Below the pieces are notes generated by a model. It was not told the origin of the DNA. It worked only from the letters and a program-made list of their open reading frames with translations, and did not search any database. A stretch of 64,000 bases of DNA from an uncultured delta proteobacterium (GTDB taxonomy: Bacteria; Desulfobacterota; Binatia; Binatales; Binataceae), in assembly GCA_963808235.1 (NCBI GenBank), contig CAWEEQ010000004.1:448001-512000 (forward strand), in the 5' to 3' direction. The translations under genes were made by a program, and so were the position numbers. Positions 58,191 through 64,000 of the stretch are shown here, piece after piece (positions within the stretch are counted from its first letter, which is position 1; every line of letters starts with the position of its first letter).

Positions 58191-58295
58191 AATGACAAGA
58201 ATTCGCATGGAAAGCTCATTTTCATTCCGCCCCGCTGGTCGGGAGCGGCTTAACTCTATTGGCGCGTGGTTCTCATCGCGCCCCGGGGAGGCACT

Positions 58296-59771
58296 ATGCA
58301 GGTCGATCTGAACCGGGTAATCGAGCAGGTCTCCAAGGAAAAAGGCATCGACAAGACGATCGTGATCAACGCGGTCGAAGAAATGATGCATTCGGCGGCG
58401 CGGCGCACGTTCGGCCCCGACCGCAATATCGAATCGCGCTTCAATCCCGAGCTCGGCGAGATCGAGCTGTTCGAGATCAAGACGGTCGTCGACAAAGTGG
58501 CGAACTCCGCCGCCGAGGCCGACGTCGCAGAGGCGCGCGCGAAATACGATCCCGAAGCGGAAGTCGGCGACGAAATTTTGATCAAGCTCGACACGGCCAC
58601 GATGGGCCGTATCGCAGCTCAGGCGGCCAAGCAAAATCTCATCCAGCATATTCGCGACGCCGAGCGCAAACAGATCTTCAACGAGTACAAGGATCGCAAA
58701 CTCGAAGTCGTGTCGGGAATCGTGCAGCGCTTCGAGCGCAAGAACATGATCGTAAACCTCGGCCGCACCGAGGCGATCCTTCCCGAAAAAGAGCAGATCC
58801 CGCACGAGCGCTATCGCCAGGGCGATCGCATCCGCGCGCTGATCCTCGACGTCGATCTGTCGGAGAAAGGACTTTCGATCGTGCTCTCGCGCACTGCCAA
58901 CGACTTCCTGATGAAGCTGTTCGAGCAGGAAGTGCCGGAAATCTACGAAGGCATCGTCGAGATTCGCCAAAGTGCGCGCGAGCCCGGCGGACGCGCCAAA
59001 GTCGCGGTCTATTCCAAGGATTCGGACGTCGATCCGGTCGGCGCATGCGTCGGGATGAAGGGCACTCGCGTGCAATCGGTGGTGCAGGAATTGCGCGGCG
59101 AGAAAATCGACATCGTGCCGTGGACCGACGACCAGGCCGAGCTGGTCTGCCGCGCACTCGCGCCCGCAAAAGTCTCCAAGGTGATCATCGACGAGGACGA
59201 GCACGCGATGGAAGTGATCGTGCCCGACGATCAACTATCGCTGGCGATTGGAAAACGCGGACAGAACGTGCGATTGGCGCATCGGCTCACCGGATGGAAG
59301 CTCGACGTGCGCAGCGAGGCCGAGGCCGAAGAGGAAGCCCGCTCCGCGCGCGCCTCGCTCAACGCGATTCCCGGCATCGGCGACATCAACGCCGAGTTGC
59401 TCTACCAGTGGGGCTTCCGCTCCGCCGAGCAATTGTCGGAGGCCGATGAGACCGCCTTCGACGTCGAAGGCATCAGCAGTGAGCGCGCCACCCAGATAAT
59501 CAACGCGGCGCGCGACCATGTCTCCAACAAACGGATCGCGGCCGAAGCCAAGGCCGCCGCTGCAGAGGCTGCCGCCGCCGAGACTGCCGCGGCCGCCGCA
59601 CTTGCCGCGACTGAGGCCGAAGGCGCGGAGGCGGCTGCCGAGACGATTGCTGAAGATCCCGCTCCTGCGGCGAGCCAAGACTCCGTTCCTGCGGCGGGCG
59701 AAGATTCTGCTCCCGCAGCTAGCGAAGACTCCGCTCCTGTGGCGGGAGATGATGCGGGAGAAAAATCGTAA
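58296..59771 (+). CDS. nusA: Transcription factor NusA
   Basis: GRIAAQAAKQ, FEQEVPEIY, AREPGGRAK, DPVGACVGMKG, LSLAIGKRGQNVRLA. Confidence 0.97.
   Translation: MQVDLNRVIEQVSKEKGIDKTIVINAVEEMMHSAARRTFGPDRNIESRFNPELGEIELFEIKTVVDKVANSAAEADVAEARAKYDPEAEVGDEILIKLDTATMGRIAAQAAKQNLIQHIRDAERKQIFNEYKDRKLEVVSGIVQRFERKNMIVNLGRTEAILPEKEQIPHERYRQGDRIRALILDVDLSEKGLSIVLSRTANDFLMKLFEQEVPEIYEGIVEIRQSAREPGGRAKVAVYSKDSDVDPVGACVGMKGTRVQSVVQELRGEKIDIVPWTDDQAELVCRALAPAKVSKVIIDEDEHAMEVIVPDDQLSLAIGKRGQNVRLAHRLTGWKLDVRSEAEAEEEARSARASLNAIPGIGDINAELLYQWGFRSAEQLSEADETAFDVEGISSERATQIINAARDHVSNKRIAAEAKAAAAEAAAAETAAAAALAATEAEGAEAAAETIAEDPAPAASQDSVPAAGEDSAPAASEDSAPVAGDDAGEKS
59652..59753 (+). repeat. Degenerate 24-nt tandem repeat (about 4 units) in the NusA tail
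   Basis: Encodes EDPAPAAS / QDSVPAAG / EDSAPAAS / EDSAPVAG. Confidence 0.75.
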
Positions 59772-60066
59772 ACTAGAACCGGCCGGACCCAGGCCCGAGC
59801 GTACCTGTATCGGATGTATGAAAAAGGATTCGAAGTACGCGATGCTTCGAATTGCGGTCGTGAATGAAAAAGTCGAGGTGGATCTTGAGGCGCTTGCCCC
59901 CGGACGCGGCGGATATTTGCATCCGACGCTCGAGTGCGCCGACCGATTCGTCAATTCAAGGGTAAAGGAATTTCGCGCGATCGGACGCAACATCGATCGT
60001 CACGATCGGGTCACAATCGCCGAGTTCATTAAACGGCGACTGGATAGAAACTCGAAGGTCGAATAG
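59752..60066 (+). CDS. YlxR/DUF448 family RNA-binding protein
   Basis: [21 protein letters not shown]...C; between nusA and infB. Confidence 0.88.
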   Translation: MREKNRKLEPAGPRPERTCIGCMKKDSKYAMLRIAVVNEKVEVDLEALAPGRGGYLHPTLECADRFVNSRVKEFRAIGRNIDRHDRVTIAEFIKRRLDRNSKVE

Positions 60067-60076
60067 TATAATCAGG

Positions 60077-63004
<2,928 letters not shown>

Positions 63005-63101
63005 ACCAGGCTGGGATCTGCAGGCTGGGATCTGAAGCAAGAATGCGCGGTCTCGTCCCGGACGCGCCGGAGAATTCGTCGCGTGGAGGAGGGGGCGTAT
63101 C

Positions 63102-63389
63102 ATGGTCGTCGGCGTTATGCGGCTGACCCTGTTTCTGCCGGAAAACCATTCTCTAAAAGGCAAACGACAGGTGCTGCGCGCGATCAAGGATCGCGTCCGC
63201 AACAAGTTTAACGTTTCCATCGCCGAGTCCGACGGCCACGATATGTGGCAGCGCGCCGAGCTGGGTATCTGCCAGGTTGGCAGCGATCGCGCCTTCGTCG
63301 ACAAGGCCCTGCGTGAGGTCGTGAACTTTATCGATTCGCTCGGGATGGCCCCGCTCGGCGAAGAACAGCTCGAGATCATCAACTACTGA
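63102..63389 (+). CDS. DUF503 (YlxP-like) protein
   Basis: HSLKGKRQV, KFNVSIAE, DMWQRAELG. Confidence 0.9.
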   Translation: MVVGVMRLTLFLPENHSLKGKRQVLRAIKDRVRNKFNVSIAESDGHDMWQRAELGICQVGSDRAFVDKALREVVNFIDSLGMAPLGEEQLEIINY

Positions 63390-63439
63390 TGCCGCGGCTT
63401 CGCTGAGCCGCGTTGAGTCTACAATGCCGGTGAATCAAG

Positions 63440-63790
63440 GTGCCTGAAGGCCGAAGACCCGAGCGTGTCGCGGAGGCGCTGCTCCGCGAGCTGTCTGCGA
63501 TGCTGGTGCGTGACCTGCGCGACCCGCGCCTGCGCGGTATCACGCTGACCGGAGTCAAAATGGACGACGACCTGCGCCACGGCCACGTCTTCTTTTCCCA
63601 TCTCGAAGGCTCCGCGCGTGCGCCCGCCGCGATCGCAGGCTTCAAGAGCGCAAGCGGTTTCATCCGCCGCGAAATCGGCAAGGCACTCGCGCTCCGATAC
63701 ACCCCCGAGCTGAATTTCGAATTCGACCCGGGCCTCGAACGCGCCGCCCGCATCGACGCCCTCCTGAAACAATCCGCGCCGAAGGACTGA
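63440..63790 (+). CDS. rbfA: Ribosome-binding factor A
   Basis: RRPERVAE, LRDPRL, SGFIRREIG, LRYTPELNFEFD. Confidence 0.94.
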   Translation: MPEGRRPERVAEALLRELSAMLVRDLRDPRLRGITLTGVKMDDDLRHGHVFFSHLEGSARAPAAIAGFKSASGFIRREIGKALALRYTPELNFEFDPGLERAARIDALLKQSAPKD

Positions 63791-63850
63791 GCACCTCCGC
63801 GCTCGACGAAGAAAACGAGCCGCCCCTGACGGCTGAATAGGTAGCCAATC

Positions 63851-64000
63851 GTGAAAATTATCAGCAGAGCGGAAGACTTCGCCACGTTCGAAGCTTACAA
63901 AAGCTGGCTAGCCAAGAACGAAGGCAAGATCAGGGTCGTAAACGTGGTCTACAATCCCGATCGCATCGGCGTATTCCGATCCAAAAGATACCTCGTGACT
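63851..64000 (+). CDS. Hypothetical protein, runs off the window end
   Basis: GTG at 63851, 50 open codons MKIISRAEDFATFEAYKSWLAKNEGKIRVVNVVYNPDRIGVFRSKRYLVT. Confidence 0.45.
   Translation, partial: MKIISRAEDFATFEAYKSWLAKNEGKIRVVNVVYNPDRIGVFRSKRYLVT

Noticed and set aside
63005-63040. Short tandem duplication CAGGCTGGGATCTG twice after infB
   Set aside because: Two copies only; most likely a neutral slippage duplication

Overview
GC-rich bacterial chromosome segment; the gene content (hpnIJ, zinc-ribbon/adenylate-cyclase/ATPase/TPR protein, ribosomal proteins with long extensions) suggests Candidatus Binatota or a related deltaproteobacteria-like lineage, which is an inference. 1-11.9 kb is the S10(end)-spc-alpha ribosomal superoperon (rplP to rplQ, with secY, adk, map, infA, rpmJ, rpoA). 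It has four apparent indels clustered at 5.1-7.7 kb that are probably assembly errors. Directly after the rplQ terminator is a compositionally foreign 1029-aa ORF resembling the VPA1262 family (PLD-like DPY/HDR motifs), then an orphan antitoxin-like gene; together they may be a decaying defence islet. Next come an ECF42-type sigma locus whose two DGPF/YciI genes share a TGTCGA-N17-CG(A/T)C promoter, tldD-pmbA, a Crp regulator, clpB, a cupredoxin/cytochrome c/heavy-metal RND cluster, hopanoid genes hpnJ-hpnI, a cyclase-STAND-TPR protein, membrane glycosyltransferases, ggt, a USP/Hsp20/LonC-like/NAPRT stress cluster, DAHP synthase and the rimP-nusA-ylxR-infB-DUF503-rbfA operon. No tRNA, rRNA, CRISPR array or transposase was recognised. 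All family calls are from reading motifs by eye; no database search was run.
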